A stretch of DNA of 53,523 bases from SAR86 cluster bacterium AG-422-P06 (GCA_003213455.1 QCMX01000003.1:1-53523), one strand, 5' to 3'; positions 41,127 to 52,674 are shown, counted from the stretch's first letter. Translations and numbers: made by a program. The notes: generated by a model not told the origin, from the sequence alone.

Positions 41127-42407
41127 ATGAATTTGACTGACCAAGTCGTTGCTTTAGAGAAAGATTGGGCTGAGAACCCAAGATGGAAGCACGTAAAAAG
41201 ACCGTATTCAGCAGAAGAAGTTGTAAAATTAAGAGGTTCTTTGCAACCTGAATGTACATTAGCAAGAAAAGGAGCTGAGAAGCTTTGGAACTATTTATTT
41301 TCTGAAGATTATATTAATTGCTTGGGAGCGTTAACAGGTGGACAGGCAGTTCAGCAGGTTAAGGCAGGAGTTAAAGCAATTTACCTATCAGGGTGGCAAG
41401 TTGCTGCAGATAACAATTCAGCTGGCACAATGTACCCAGACCAGTCTCTATATCCAGTAGATTCTGTACCAAAAGTCATAACAAGAATTAATAACGCTTT
41501 TAGAAGAGCGGACCAAATAGAATGGATGACATCAAATGGAGAGCCAAATGTTGATTTCTTTGCTCCCATAATTGCAGATGCTGAAGCAGGGTTCGGTGGA
41601 AATTTAAACGCTTTTGAATTAATGAAAAGAATGATTGCAGCTGGAGCTGCAGGCGTTCATTTTGAAGATCAATTAGCAAGCGTTAAGAAATGTGGTCACC
41701 TTGGTGGAAAAGTTTTAGTGCCTACACAAGAAGCAGTACAGAAACTTATCGCAGCTAGGTTAGCCTCAGATGTTTCAGGGACTCCAACTATACTAATTGC
41801 ACGTACAGATGCTGATGCAGCAGATCTTGTTACTTCTGACGTCGATGAAAATGATAAGCCTTTCTTAACTGGTGAAAGAACATCAGAAGGATTTTTTAGA
41901 ACAAAAGCGGGCTTGGATCAGGCTATATCAAGAGGTCTAGCGTATGCACCCTATTCTGATCTGGTTTGGTGTGAAACTTCTAAACCTGATCTTGAGCAGG
42001 CGAGAACTTTTGCAGAAGCTATTAAAAAAGATCATCCAGAAATCATGTTGGCATATAACTGTTCACCTTCTTTCAATTGGAAGAAGAACCTCGATGATGC
42101 AACTATAGCTAAATTCCAAAAAGAGCTTGGTGCTATGGGTTATAAGTTTCAATTTATTACACTAGCAGGCATACACTCAATGTGGCACGGCATGTTTAAC
42201 CTGGCGAATGAGTATGTAGCAGATGGTATGACAGCCTACGTTAAGCTTCAGGAAAAAGAATTTGAAGATGCCAAAAAAGGTTATACCTTTGTCTCACATC
42301 AACAAGAAGTAGGCACAGGATACTTTGATGCTGTTAATAACTGTATCCAAGGAGAGGAAAGTTCAACTTCTGCACTCAGAGGTTCTACAGAAGAAGAACA
42401 GTTTTAA
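41127..42407 (+). CDS. aceA: Isocitrate lyase (short type)
   Basis: [21 protein letters not shown] and GSTEEEQF motifs. Confidence 0.97.
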   Translation: MNLTDQVVALEKDWAENPRWKHVKRPYSAEEVVKLRGSLQPECTLARKGAEKLWNYLFSEDYINCLGALTGGQAVQQVKAGVKAIYLSGWQVAADNNSAGTMYPDQSLYPVDSVPKVITRINNAFRRADQIEWMTSNGEPNVDFFAPIIADAEAGFGGNLNAFELMKRMIAAGAAGVHFEDQLASVKKCGHLGGKVLVPTQEAVQKLIAARLASDVSGTPTILIARTDADAADLVTSDVDENDKPFLTGERTSEGFFRTKAGLDQAISRGLAYAPYSDLVWCETSKPDLEQARTFAEAIKKDHPEIMLAYNCSPSFNWKKNLDDATIAKFQKELGAMGYKFQFITLAGIHSMWHGMFNLANEYVADGMTAYVKLQEKEFEDAKKGYTFVSHQQEVGTGYFDAVNNCIQGEESSTSALRGSTEEEQF

Positions 42408-42428
42408 TCAGAACTGTTTTAAAACAAT

Positions 42429-42456
42429 AAGGGCTGTATTTATACGGCCCTTTTTT
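42429..42456. terminator. Intrinsic terminator after aceA, probably bidirectional
   Basis: AAGGGCTGTA-ttta-TACGGCCCTT followed by a T run. Confidence 0.88.
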
Positions 42457-42640
42457 ATAGCCAACCAAAAATAAAGGGGAGTAACAAGGGAAGCAAAAGC
42501 ACGGCTGCATACAGTGTAAAAGCAGCATTTCTAGACATTTTTGTTCCTAAAAACTTACGAATTTTTAATGAGAGTGTTCCAAATATCAACCAAAAACCAA
42601 CGATAAATAATGTTAGATAGAGAGCTTCTAGGTTTGTCAT
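42455..42640 (-). CDS. Small two-helix membrane protein, hypothetical
   Basis: 61-aa ATG ORF filling the gap; two hydrophobic stretches around a basic loop. Confidence 0.65.
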   Translation of the reverse strand: MTNLEALYLTLFIVGFWLIFGTLSLKIRKFLGTKMSRNAAFTLYAAVLLLPLLLPFIFGWL

Positions 42641-42684
42641 TGAATATATTTTACAAAGAAATTAAGTAAATTTATTATACATAA

Positions 42685-44505
42685 GTGCATTATTTTAAAA
42701 GAACCCTCATCTTTTCATACACTTTATTGCTTATAGCATGTGGTGGAGGTGGTGGATCAAGTAATGAGACAACACCTGAATCCATACCTCTAACAATAAA
42801 TGTGAGTAATTTTGATTCTAATGTTAGAAGCTATGAACCAAAAACAATCACTATTTCAGCAAATTATAACTGCTCTTTTAATCTTTCAGGGCCTGATATA
42901 CATTGGGTTACAACATCAGATAATAAAACGTTTTCATATAGAGCTCCGATTACTTTGCTTGAAGAAGAGCAATTCAATATAACCGTTAGCTCAGTGCCTG
43001 CAGCTAATTGTCCTTCTGGATCAAGAATTTTTACTCATAATGTTTCCAGAGAAGCCAATACATTAAGGTATGTGCCTGACCCAGAACCTTACAACTATAG
43101 TGATTTAAAAACTGATTATTTTGCCTCACATGACTTGGGTTTTGGGGGTATGAGAATTACAGATAGATTTACAGCAACTATTTGTTATCCCACGCCTGAA
43201 GATTGTGAAACATGGGAGAATGAGCTGTTTGGTCAAGATGCTCATAACATGGCTACAGGTGATTTCAATGGCGATGGATATGAAGATATGGTAGTTTCAT
43301 GGGCATTATTTCCACACACTATTGATCTTGATCAAAAGGTAAATGCACCTGTAAATATCTATTTAAATGACGGTAATGGTAATCTATATGAAGATCTTTC
43401 AATCTATGAAAATGGTGAAGTTCCAACCCACCCTTTTGCATATAGATTAGCAATTGCTGATTACAACGGTGACGGCATTGATGATATATTTGCAGGCTCT
43501 ATGGGGTTGCAATATCGAGATCCTGATTATTCAAATAACTTTATACTGCCCTACCCTGATCTTCTGCTTTTAAGCAACTCTGAAGGAATATTTATCGAGT
43601 CGTCAGCCAATATTGATGACCAAAATAATGGCGAGGGAAAACTCTGTGGTTTTAGTCATGATTCAAGTTCGGGTGATTTTGACAACGATGGTGATATTGA
43701 TATTTTTGCCTGCAATATCTTATTAGTTAATGATGGTTCGGGGAACTTTTCCTTTCATGATTATCTGGAAAGAAACCATCAATTTGCCTATGGAAACCCT
43801 ATGAGTAGTTTAGTAGTGGATCTCAACAACGATGATTTTGATGATTTAGTTTTCTGGAATTTTGATAACCGTTGGAACTTTGAGAACCTTCCAGAGGATG
43901 GTTTTGTTTTCTTGAGCGATGGAACAGCTAATCTTGAGAACTGGACCCTTACAGAATTACCAATTGGACCTTTTGGTAGAAATCATAATAAATATAATCA
44001 TGCTGCCTGGGGCGATATAAATAACGATGGTAATAATGACATTGTTGTAGCAGTTACAAGGGATTTGCCTTATTACGAAGGAGCATATATTCAAGTTCTT
44101 TTAGGCGATGGCACAGGCCTCATGACAGATGTAACTGCTACTAACTTTAGCAATCAACCAAGGTCTGATAGCCATCATGGAGAAGGCAACATATATCTTA
44201 GAGACTATGATAACGACGGCGATATAGATATCTTTCATTCAACCCGAGACTTTCTATCTGACTTACATGGCGCTCATATTGCCCTAAATGATGGTGAAGG
44301 GAATTTTTCGTCAGTGGCAGGAAGCATTATGCCTCAAAAACCTAAAGCCAATGAATACGATAATAATCAGTACTTATTTAAGGGAATGCCAATAAATCTT
44401 GATAATGAAGGTTGTTTAGATCTTATTTCAACAAGTGACAGTTGGATGAATGAGAGCGCTACAAAAAATTACTTATTTAGTTTAATTAATATTAGATGTG
44501 AATGA
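42685..44505 (+). CDS. FG-GAP/VCBS-repeat lipoprotein
   Basis: Lipobox LIAC followed by GGGGGS; repeated DFNGDGxxD / DxDNDGDIDI Ca-binding loops. Confidence 0.88.
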   Translation: MHYFKRTLIFSYTLLLIACGGGGGSSNETTPESIPLTINVSNFDSNVRSYEPKTITISANYNCSFNLSGPDIHWVTTSDNKTFSYRAPITLLEEEQFNITVSSVPAANCPSGSRIFTHNVSREANTLRYVPDPEPYNYSDLKTDYFASHDLGFGGMRITDRFTATICYPTPEDCETWENELFGQDAHNMATGDFNGDGYEDMVVSWALFPHTIDLDQKVNAPVNIYLNDGNGNLYEDLSIYENGEVPTHPFAYRLAIADYNGDGIDDIFAGSMGLQYRDPDYSNNFILPYPDLLLLSNSEGIFIESSANIDDQNNGEGKLCGFSHDSSSGDFDNDGDIDIFACNILLVNDGSGNFSFHDYLERNHQFAYGNPMSSLVVDLNNDDFDDLVFWNFDNRWNFENLPEDGFVFLSDGTANLENWTLTELPIGPFGRNHNKYNHAAWGDINNDGNNDIVVAVTRDLPYYEGAYIQVLLGDGTGLMTDVTATNFSNQPRSDSHHGEGNIYLRDYDNDGDIDIFHSTRDFLSDLHGAHIALNDGEGNFSSVAGSIMPQKPKANEYDNNQYLFKGMPINLDNEGCLDLISTSDSWMNESATKNYLFSLINIRCE

Positions 44506-44507
44506 CT

Positions 44508-44666
44508 TTAGTCTTTAACTTTGCCACAAACCTGACAAGCCTCACCTTTAGAAAGATATACCCCACCGCAACTAGGGCTTAAAGGCTTATTTTTAAGTAT
44601 TAAACCAATTGCCATTCCACATATTGATAAGGCAACTACTAAAGTGGCTAAAAGAGCATTAATCAT
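44508..44666 (-). CDS. nqrM: Na+-NQR maturation factor NqrM (DUF539)
   Basis: Not in ORF track. [52 protein letters not shown] (52 aa): transmembrane helix, MAIG, SCGG, CxxC; ATGA-coupled to apbE. Confidence 0.88.
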   Translation of the reverse strand: MINALLATLVVALSICGMAIGLILKNKPLSPSCGGVYLSKGEACQVCGKVKD

Positions 44667-45460
44667 GGGGATATCATACTCCAATTACTGCTTTGAATGG
44701 AATCGCCATTAGCTAAAATAAAAAATACTTTTAAACCATTTAATTCAGCAGTCATTAAACCCTGATCCTTCCCAAGCACATACAAAGCTGTAGCCCATGC
44801 ATCTGCATAAGTTGCACTTTCGTGAGCGACTGTTACAGACAACAAATCTCTAGGGCCCTTACCCCAGATGTGATTAGGTTCACGATACTCTCCAGATGTA
44901 GCAATAGAAATACCACCTTTGGGCACATTAAAGGCGATATAAGGGCTTTTTTTACTGTTGATTGGTCTTTCTATGCCAAAAATCCAATTTTCCTTAAATT
45001 TAGAACCCTTAGACCTAATTTCACCACCTATTTCGATAAAGTAATTATTTACTCCATTTTGCTCAACTAATTCTGCAATTTTATCAATGGCATAACCTTT
45101 ACCAATAGCAGAAAAGTCATAACCATTGTTGTCTTTTGGTGAAAAGGCTCCCTCACTTAAAGTTGATATTTCCATACTTGTTTCATAAAGGTTTCTAAAT
45201 TCTTTCGACCATTCAAGATCATCATCATTATTAATTAGTGAAATTTCTGATGAAGGTTTATATGTTGAGAAAACATAATCTATTCTTGTAAGCTCATTTT
45301 TTATTTTCGACTCTAAGTTCGCATAGCTAGAATTTTCAGCAATTTTAATTGAATATGTTGTGCCATAAATCTTTCCGGAAAAGTCTTGAAGAATTGCATT
45401 AGAACAACCTGATAAAAAAAGAAGGCAAAAAAGAATTAATCTCTTAACCACCAAAGTCAT
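44663..45460 (-). CDS. apbE: FAD:protein FMN transferase ApbE (lipoprotein, shortened)
   Basis: Lipobox LSGC; GTTYSIK, SAIGKGY, EIGGE, ATSGEY and ADAWATAL motifs. Start may be GTG 45451. Confidence 0.9.
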   Translation of the reverse strand: MTLVVKRLILFCLLFLSGCSNAILQDFSGKIYGTTYSIKIAENSSYANLESKIKNELTRIDYVFSTYKPSSEISLINNDDDLEWSKEFRNLYETSMEISTLSEGAFSPKDNNGYDFSAIGKGYAIDKIAELVEQNGVNNYFIEIGGEIRSKGSKFKENWIFGIERPINSKKSPYIAFNVPKGGISIATSGEYREPNHIWGKGPRDLLSVTVAHESATYADAWATALYVLGKDQGLMTAELNGLKVFFILANGDSIQSSNWSMISP

Positions 45461-46667
45461 CGAGCATTATGTTTTCTGGCTCAACTCCTAGATCAGTAAG
45501 CATTTTGATGCAACTAGAATTCATTATTGGTGGTCCACAAAGATAATATTCACAGTCTTCAGGAGCATCATGTTTTGATAGATACTCATCTTGAGTTACT
45601 TGGTGTATGAAGCCAGAAAGTCCTTCCCAATTATCTTCAGGCAACGCATCAGAAAGAGCGATGTTGAAAGAGAAATTTTCATGCTCCTCAGCAAGTTTTT
45701 CAAACTCTTCTTTATAGAAAATTTCCTTCATACTTCTTGCACCATACCAATAAGAGATCTTTCTATTCGAATTAAGTCTCATTAACTGGTCAAAGATATG
45801 TGAGCGCATAGGTGCCATGCCTGCTCCTCCACCTATGAAAACCATCTCATTTTGTGTTTCACGTGCAAAGAATTCCCCAAAAGGACCAAATACTTTTACC
45901 TTATCTCCTGGTTTTAAGCTAAATACATAAGATGACATTATGCCTGGTGGAAAATCAGAACCTGGTGGTGGAGAAGCTACTCTTATGTTGAACTTAAGCA
46001 CCCCTTCTTCTAGTGGATAATTTGCCATTGAGTAAGCTCTAATTATCGGTTCAGGATTCGTAGCAACGTTGTCCCAAATCTTAAATCTATCCCAGTCCTC
46101 ATGATATTCTTCAGCCACATCAAAATCTTTATATCTCATATTCTCATAGGCTGGGGCTTCCAATTGGACATATCCCCCTGCTCTGAATTTTACATTCTCA
46201 CCTTCAGGAAGTTTTAGCACTAGCTCTTTAATGAAAGTGGCAACATTATCATTTGAAACGACTTCACACTCCCACTCCTTAACACCAAAAACTTCTTCTG
46301 GTATTTGAATCTTCATGTCTCCCTTAACTGCAACCTGACAGGATAGTCTCCAATTATCATTTTGTTGCTTATAGTTAAAATGTGATTGTTCAGTTGATAA
46401 AATAGATCCACCACCATCGGTTACTTGGCACTTACATTCAGCGCAAGTTCCACCACCACCACATGCGGAAGCAAGATAGATATTTTTAGCTGCTAATGTG
46501 CTTAATAATTTTCCACCTGCAGGAACTTTAATGCTTTTTTCTGGATCGCCATTAATCTCAATAGAAACTTCACCCGTTGAGACAAGCTGTGATCTTGCAA
46601 ACATTACAAATGCAACTAAAAATGCAACTATTAAAGTGAACGAAAGTATTCCTAGATAGATATCCAT
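45444..46667 (-). CDS. nqrF: Na+-NQR subunit F
   Basis: [11 protein letters not shown] 2Fe-2S motif, [14 protein letters not shown] and C-terminal DDFGG. Confidence 0.97.
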   Translation of the reverse strand: MDIYLGILSFTLIVAFLVAFVMFARSQLVSTGEVSIEINGDPEKSIKVPAGGKLLSTLAAKNIYLASACGGGGTCAECKCQVTDGGGSILSTEQSHFNYKQQNDNWRLSCQVAVKGDMKIQIPEEVFGVKEWECEVVSNDNVATFIKELVLKLPEGENVKFRAGGYVQLEAPAYENMRYKDFDVAEEYHEDWDRFKIWDNVATNPEPIIRAYSMANYPLEEGVLKFNIRVASPPPGSDFPPGIMSSYVFSLKPGDKVKVFGPFGEFFARETQNEMVFIGGGAGMAPMRSHIFDQLMRLNSNRKISYWYGARSMKEIFYKEEFEKLAEEHENFSFNIALSDALPEDNWEGLSGFIHQVTQDEYLSKHDAPEDCEYYLCGPPIMNSSCIKMLTDLGVEPENIMLDDFGG

Positions 46668-47275
46668 TAGAGCAAAATACCCCCAAATGACATGAAACCA
46701 AAACTCATTAAACCAACTATTACAAAAGTTATACCTAGTCCTCTTAACCCCTCTGGTATATCACTATATTTTAACTTTTCTCTGATACCTGCCAAGAGCA
46801 CAATAGCTAAAGCCCAACCAAAACCTGCTCCAAACCCATAAACTATGCTTTCAGTGAAATTGTAGTTCTTCTCTATCATAAATAGTGATGCTCCTAGGAT
46901 TGCACAATTTACTGTGATAAGGGGTAAGAATATGCCCAAAGCATTATATAAAGCAGGCACATACTTATCTAAGAACATTTCTAGTATTTGCACGGCTGCA
47001 GCGATCACTCCTATGTAAGTTATCAGACCTACAAATTTCAGGTTAGTATTTTCCAAACCAGCCCAGGATAGAGCCCCTTCTTTGAGCACAAAGTTATAAA
47101 TTAAATTATTGAGAGGGACAGTGATAGTCAAAACAACTATAACCGCAACACCTAATCCAAATGCTGCTTTAACTTGTTTTGAGATAGCAAAGAAGGTACA
47201 CATCCCTAAAAACAAAGAAAGTGCAATATTCTCAATGAAAACGGTTTTAACAAAAAGGTTTAAAAGATCAGCCAC
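46667..47275 (-). CDS. nqrE: Na+-NQR subunit E
   Basis: FLGMCTF and [10 protein letters not shown] motifs. Confidence 0.96.
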   Translation of the reverse strand: MADLLNLFVKTVFIENIALSLFLGMCTFFAISKQVKAAFGLGVAVIVVLTITVPLNNLIYNFVLKEGALSWAGLENTNLKFVGLITYIGVIAAAVQILEMFLDKYVPALYNALGIFLPLITVNCAILGASLFMIEKNYNFTESIVYGFGAGFGWALAIVLLAGIREKLKYSDIPEGLRGLGITFVIVGLMSFGFMSFGGILL

Positions 47276-47951
47276 TGTGCACCTCTTTCTTAACTTTCAA
47301 AGGCTTGAATGTATGAGCTTTCAATGGGTTTTCATTCTCTTCAACTTGGCTTTTACTGAATGATCTTATAACCCAAATCATTATTCCAATAATTATGAAT
47401 GAGCTTGGAGGAAGTAATAGAAAGTTATTAATAGGATAGCTTTCAGGCATTACCTGTACCCCAAAGAAAGTACCGCTACCAAATACTTCTCGAATTGTAG
47501 CAACTACCAACAAAACAAAGCTATAACCAAGACCATTACCAAAACCATCAAGCATGCTTTTAATTGGTGGATTCTTCATGGCATAGGCTTCTGCACGGCC
47601 CATAACAATACAGTTTGTAATAATTAAACCAACAAACACAGATAATTGTTTGCTAGCTTCATAAGCATATGCTTTTAAAAGCTCATCAACTATGATCACA
47701 AGTGACGAAATAATTGTCATTTGGACAATGATTCTTATGCTGTCGGGTATGTAATGTCTAATAATTGAAATAAATAAGTTTGAGAGCGTTACAACCGATG
47801 TTAAAGCTATACACATAATCAAAGTTACATCCATCTTTACTGTAACTGCAAGAGCAGAACAAATGCCTAAGATCTGAAGCGCAATAGGATTATTCTCAAC
47901 TATAGGAGTAAATAAGAGCTTTCTTGTTTCTTTAACTGAAATTGCCTTCAT
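47268..47951 (-). CDS. nqrD: Na+-NQR subunit D
   Basis: [18 protein letters not shown] and [14 protein letters not shown] motifs. Confidence 0.96.
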   Translation of the reverse strand: MKAISVKETRKLLFTPIVENNPIALQILGICSALAVTVKMDVTLIMCIALTSVVTLSNLFISIIRHYIPDSIRIIVQMTIISSLVIIVDELLKAYAYEASKQLSVFVGLIITNCIVMGRAEAYAMKNPPIKSMLDGFGNGLGYSFVLLVVATIREVFGSGTFFGVQVMPESYPINNFLLLPPSSFIIIGIMIWVIRSFSKSQVEENENPLKAHTFKPLKVKKEVHSG

Positions 47952-48682
47952 ACGTTAGCTATCCCTTCTCTTAATTTTTGCAATACTGGACCATAACCAT
48001 TTTCACCAAGCCAGTATCTAATCATATTTGTTACACCATTGCTCGTAAGAGTTGCACCTGAAATGCCATCAATCTCATAATCTTCAGAAGACGGTCCTTT
48101 AGTTACGTAAAGAATTACTTCTCCTGAGGTGTCATAAATTTTCTTTCCATTCCAATCAGATTTCCAAACAGGGTTATCTACCTCTCCCCCTAAACCTGGT
48201 GTTTCTTTGTGATCATAATATTCAATGCCTTTAACTGTATTTAGGTCAGCATCTAAAGATATGTAGCCATAAAGTGTGCCCCATAAACCATAACCCCTTA
48301 TTGGTAAAACAACTTTCTGGATCTGTTCTTCATCAGAATACCAGACATAAATTGGAGCAATATTTTCTCTTCTCTTGAGAATAGCTATATCTTGATCTTT
48401 AGGAACTATGCTAGAGGCTTCAACGCTCGCAGATGCCTTAATATGATCGTAATTGTTTTCGACTTGAACTAACTGATTAGAAGCGAAATCTACATAGAGA
48501 GTCTCAATCTTAGAGAATTCTTTCTCAACCTCATCAGTCACAATACCTGCTGCAGCAAGAATTTTTAATTTCTTTTCATTTTCAATATTTAAGTTTTGCT
48601 CTGGCCTCACGGAAACAGCAGTCACCGAGACAATTACAGCACAGGCAATGCATGCAATTAATGGAATGATCATTTTGTTCAT
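47948..48682 (-). CDS. nqrC: Na+-NQR subunit C
   Basis: [12 protein letters not shown] motifs and FMN-attachment DGISGATLT. Confidence 0.95.
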   Translation of the reverse strand: MNKMIIPLIACIACAVIVSVTAVSVRPEQNLNIENEKKLKILAAAGIVTDEVEKEFSKIETLYVDFASNQLVQVENNYDHIKASASVEASSIVPKDQDIAILKRRENIAPIYVWYSDEEQIQKVVLPIRGYGLWGTLYGYISLDADLNTVKGIEYYDHKETPGLGGEVDNPVWKSDWNGKKIYDTSGEVILYVTKGPSSEDYEIDGISGATLTSNGVTNMIRYWLGENGYGPVLQKLREGIANV

Positions 48683-49890
48683 GAGTTATATCTCTCCATT
48701 CTCTTGCTGGTATTGTACGAAGTTACACAATAATCTATAGCAGGAGCAAGTAAGTTAGCAAATAGAATAGCTAACATCATGCCTTCTGGAAAAGCAGGAT
48801 TTACAACTCTTATGAGTATTACTAAAACCCCAATTGAGAAGCCATAGATCCATCTGCCCATATTAGTATTAGCAGCTGTAACTGGTTCCGTCGCCATAAA
48901 TACAAGCCCAAATGCAAAGCTTCCAATAGTTAAGTGCCACCACCAAGGGACACTAAACATTGGATTTGTGTCTGAACCAATAAAGTTCAATAGACTTGTC
49001 ATGAGGATCATGCCAATTAATGTGGCTAATATTATTCTCCAGGAGGCAATTTTTGCATAAACCATATAAGCACCTGAAAGCAATATAAGCAGTGTTGATG
49101 TCTCACCAATGGAACCTGGTATTTGACCTAAAAATGTCTGAGTCCAAGTATAGTTAGACTGAATCCCTGCAATACCTTCTTGTGCCCCTATCCCAAGCGC
49201 TGTAGCTCCAGAATAACCATCTATAGCTCCATTATCTGCTAATGATGAAATCCAAACCATGTCTCCAGATAATTCAGATGGATAAGCAAAGTAAATAAAA
49301 GCTCTGCCTGTTAGTGCTGGATTCAAGAAATTCTTTCCTGTTCCACCAAAGAATTCTTTACCCACAACTATCCCAAATGCAATGCCAGAGGCTGCTTGCC
49401 AAAGCGGAATGTCAGGAGGACAGCTTAGTGAGAATAATACAGTTGAAACAAATGCTCCTTCATTAATTTCATGTCTTCTGATAGTTGCAAAGATCGCTTC
49501 ACAAGCAATACCTACAACGAAAACTGTTAAGTAAATTGGCACAAAATAGACCAAACCAAACCAAAATCTATGTAAATGGTTACTAGGATCTGTTCCTACT
49601 AGTTGTACTAAGGCATTATGCCAGTCGCCTGTGGAGGTAAAACCTCCTTTTTGCATGTAATCTAGACCCCAGAACCCCATGTTATACATACCCCAAAACA
49701 TAGCTGGGAAAGTAGCTAGCCATACAACTACCATCACTCTTTGAATATCAAGCTTATCTCTGATATGAGTTTTTCCTGTTGTTGCAACTTTTGATGAAAA
49801 AAAGAAGTTTTGAATCACTTCATACAAATAGAAATAGTTATTGTCTTTTGATGGTCTATTTTTATCAAAAAAATTCTCTAAAAATTTCAT
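48679..49890 (-). CDS. nqrB: Na+-NQR subunit B
   Basis: FGGTGKNFLNPAL, FMN-attachment SGATAL and PEGMMLAIL motifs. Start set at ATG 49890, coupled to the nqrA stop. Confidence 0.96.
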   Translation of the reverse strand: MKFLENFFDKNRPSKDNNYFYLYEVIQNFFFSSKVATTGKTHIRDKLDIQRVMVVVWLATFPAMFWGMYNMGFWGLDYMQKGGFTSTGDWHNALVQLVGTDPSNHLHRFWFGLVYFVPIYLTVFVVGIACEAIFATIRRHEINEGAFVSTVLFSLSCPPDIPLWQAASGIAFGIVVGKEFFGGTGKNFLNPALTGRAFIYFAYPSELSGDMVWISSLADNGAIDGYSGATALGIGAQEGIAGIQSNYTWTQTFLGQIPGSIGETSTLLILLSGAYMVYAKIASWRIILATLIGMILMTSLLNFIGSDTNPMFSVPWWWHLTIGSFAFGLVFMATEPVTAANTNMGRWIYGFSIGVLVILIRVVNPAFPEGMMLAILFANLLAPAIDYCVTSYNTSKRMERYNS

Positions 49891-51200
49891 GATGTCTCTT
49901 CTTTCCAAATCATTTGCATACAATCATTAAATAGTGCCACATAGTCATATTTACTAGGGCAAACATATGAAAATACACCCATATCTTCTTCACTTAAGTC
50001 AAAGATGCCTAATTCTCGTAATGCTACTAAATCACCAATAGCTAGTGACTTTAAAAATAGTGTTGGATCAATATCAAAAGGGTTAACTTCATCAAAAACA
50101 CCTATAGGCACAATTGCTCTGTAACCACCATTTATATTTGTATCAAAATCAAACTTTTGGGGCTTCAATAGGCTCGATAAAAATACATTTGAGTTGCTGT
50201 GATCTAATAAGCCAGGCTTTAGCCAATTAAAGAATGTTGCTTTTCTTTCATCTGATACCAATGAAACTTGATTGGAATAGCGAGTAAGGTAATCTGAATA
50301 ACTATCACCACTTCTCCCATAAAATAAGCTCCCAGATACTCTTCTTACATTTTGAGAGTAGAGGCCTGCTGTAATTTCTTCCATATTTGCGCCTTGTCTT
50401 GTTTGAATAACTTTTGGTTCGTCACAGGCTGGACCGCACACACTGACATATTTTTCATAACAAAAATCACCACTTGTTACTGCTTTTCCAATTCTCAAGA
50501 CATCTTGCCAGTTTATAGTCCATGTTTTTTTGCTTTTTGTTAAAGGTTGTATATTTTGTATATGCAGCGAGCTATTACCAGATGGGTATTTACCATCTAT
50601 AACAAACTGTTGAATATCTAAGTCACCAGTATAAATATTTGAATATGAGCATAGATATAAAGGGCAAGCAAAAGCTTCTTTGAGGTACTTTAATCCATTA
50701 ATGAAGCCTTCTTTTTCTATCTCTAGAATTTGATTAGGACTAACTTCTAATTCATCTGACTTACATGCATTTATAAATAAAAAATCAGGGGCTGTACCCA
50801 TGTCAGGAATGCGATTAAAAGGTCTTTCTCTAAAACTATCCCATAGGCCTGCATTAAAGATATTCTCAAGATGATTGGTTGATCTTTCAAATGCTCTTGT
50901 TTGATCACCGTGTCTTTTGACTACAACAGAGACTAGTGCTCTCTTATCACCTCTATTTATCTCATGAATTATGCCAGTTGCAGGAGATTTTACTGTAAAA
51001 CCAGGGTTGGTTTTGTCTTCCCAAATCGATTGACCAATACTTACTTCATCGCCTTCTTTTACCAAGATTTTTGGTTTTAGACCAAAGTAATCTTCTGCTA
51101 AAACCGCAGAAAACTGAGGGTCGATGATATCTAGATTGTTATTTCTTACAGAGCCGTGAAGAGGTACATCAAGGCCCCCTTTCATTTTAATTTTTTTCAT
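49887..51200 (-). CDS. nqrA: Na+-NQR subunit A
   Basis: GLDVPL, GLKPK, RGDKR and EED..YVCPSKYDY motifs. Confidence 0.94.
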   Translation of the reverse strand: MKKIKMKGGLDVPLHGSVRNNNLDIIDPQFSAVLAEDYFGLKPKILVKEGDEVSIGQSIWEDKTNPGFTVKSPATGIIHEINRGDKRALVSVVVKRHGDQTRAFERSTNHLENIFNAGLWDSFRERPFNRIPDMGTAPDFLFINACKSDELEVSPNQILEIEKEGFINGLKYLKEAFACPLYLCSYSNIYTGDLDIQQFVIDGKYPSGNSSLHIQNIQPLTKSKKTWTINWQDVLRIGKAVTSGDFCYEKYVSVCGPACDEPKVIQTRQGANMEEITAGLYSQNVRRVSGSLFYGRSGDSYSDYLTRYSNQVSLVSDERKATFFNWLKPGLLDHSNSNVFLSSLLKPQKFDFDTNINGGYRAIVPIGVFDEVNPFDIDPTLFLKSLAIGDLVALRELGIFDLSEEDMGVFSYVCPSKYDYVALFNDCMQMIWKEETS

Positions 51201-52673
51201 TTACTGTTTTGGGTATCTAATTAAATTTACACCAAGAACTTTTTTCAAAAGCCTTACAACTTGTTTGGAGTAACCATACTCGTTATCGTACCAGACGTAA
51301 ATAGTTACACAGTTAAAATTGCTTATTGTTGCTTGTGCGTCATAAACACAAGCAAATTCATTGCTGTAGAAATCTGAAGATACACCATCAATTGAATTAG
51401 AGTAATCAATTGTTGTTCTTAGATTTGAGTGAAAAGCTGCCTGTTTGAATAAGTCATTAAGTTCATCTACAGCAACACCCTTTTTAAGGTTAAGGTTCAT
51501 AATTGCCAAACTCACATTTGGTGTTGGAACTCTGATTGCATTAGCTGTAAGTTTGCCTTTCATTTCCGGCAGTATGTCAGAAACAGCTTTAGCAGCACCA
51601 GTATCAGTGATGACCAAATTAAGAGCTGCTCCTCTACCCCTTCTATCTGACTTATGGTAGTTATCTACAAGGTTTTGATCGTTTGTATATGCATGGATAG
51701 TCTCTATGTGCCCACTGACTATCTTGTAGGCATCATTTATTAGTTTGAGCGGCGGAACAATGGCATTTGTTGTGCATGATGCTGCAGCAACAATTTTTTC
51801 ATCTTGCTTTAATTTTTCATCATTTATTCCAAAGACAATATTTTTGATCTTTCCTTTTGCAGGAGCGGTAAGAATCACCTTGTCTACAGATGCATTTCTT
51901 GTATGTTGGCCAAGCCCTTCTTCATCTTTCCATGCACCAGTATTATCTATAATTGTTGCCTTTTTAATCCCATAATCTTTGTATTTAACTTTACGAGGAT
52001 CGTTTGCATAAATAACAAAAATTTCGTTTCCATTTACAATCAAGGAGTTATTCTTTTTATTGACTCTTATTGTTCCAGGAAATGTACCATGCACGCTATC
52101 ATTTCTTAACAAACTAGCCCTTTTTATTAAATCATCATCATGGCCTGAATCTCTAATTACAACAGCTCTTAATCGCCAATTTGAGCCAGCTCCTGTATCC
52201 GTTACCAGTATTCTAGTTATCAGTCTACCAATTCTTCCAAAACCATACAAAACAACGTCTTTAGGCCTTAGAGGGTAAGATCGCTTAGTTCTTTCTTGGC
52301 CATCTAATGTTTTGCTTACATAACCTGATGCATCAAGTTCAGGATTTTCAAGTAAATGAGAAACCATTTCACCAATATCTATCTCACATGGCATAAGTTT
52401 CATTTTGGCAATTTGTTCAATTACTGGATAAGTTTCTAGCTCACTTAATTCATTGCCTTCAGCTTCCCTTACAAACCTGTGAAGCTTCATAATTTCAATT
52501 GGAGAGCAATTACTTAGAGGGCGACCATACATAAGTAAATGGACGCCATTTCTAAAGAGTTTACCAATGATTGGAACCATAGACTCGGCAAGAGCTTCTC
52601 TCCATTTCCAGTCACCAAAGTAATCATCGACCTTTGGCCTTCTTCGTTTATCTGGATTGAATCTCTTAACCAA
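51201..52673 (-). CDS. gap: Glyceraldehyde-3-phosphate dehydrogenase, long form with N-terminal extension
   Basis: YGFGRIGR, AASCTTN, RVPTPNVS and WYDNEYGYS motifs; position upstream of nqrA. Confidence 0.94.
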   Translation of the reverse strand: MVKRFNPDKRRRPKVDDYFGDWKWREALAESMVPIIGKLFRNGVHLLMYGRPLSNCSPIEIMKLHRFVREAEGNELSELETYPVIEQIAKMKLMPCEIDIGEMVSHLLENPELDASGYVSKTLDGQERTKRSYPLRPKDVVLYGFGRIGRLITRILVTDTGAGSNWRLRAVVIRDSGHDDDLIKRASLLRNDSVHGTFPGTIRVNKKNNSLIVNGNEIFVIYANDPRKVKYKDYGIKKATIIDNTGAWKDEEGLGQHTRNASVDKVILTAPAKGKIKNIVFGINDEKLKQDEKIVAAASCTTNAIVPPLKLINDAYKIVSGHIETIHAYTNDQNLVDNYHKSDRRGRGAALNLVITDTGAAKAVSDILPEMKGKLTANAIRVPTPNVSLAIMNLNLKKGVAVDELNDLFKQAAFHSNLRTTIDYSNSIDGVSSDFYSNEFACVYDAQATISNFNCVTIYVWYDNEYGYSKQVVRLLKKVLGVNLIRYPKQ

Positions 52674-52674
52674 T

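Noticed and set aside
42685-44505. DNA repeat array or CRISPR in the lipoprotein gene
   Set aside because: The repeats are degenerate protein-level FG-GAP loops. No fixed-length repeat-spacer structure or cas genes are present in the window.
51201-52673. N-terminally extended GAPDH as a novel fusion
   Set aside because: The long GAPDH form upstream of nqrA is a known arrangement in Pseudomonas-like Gammaproteobacteria.
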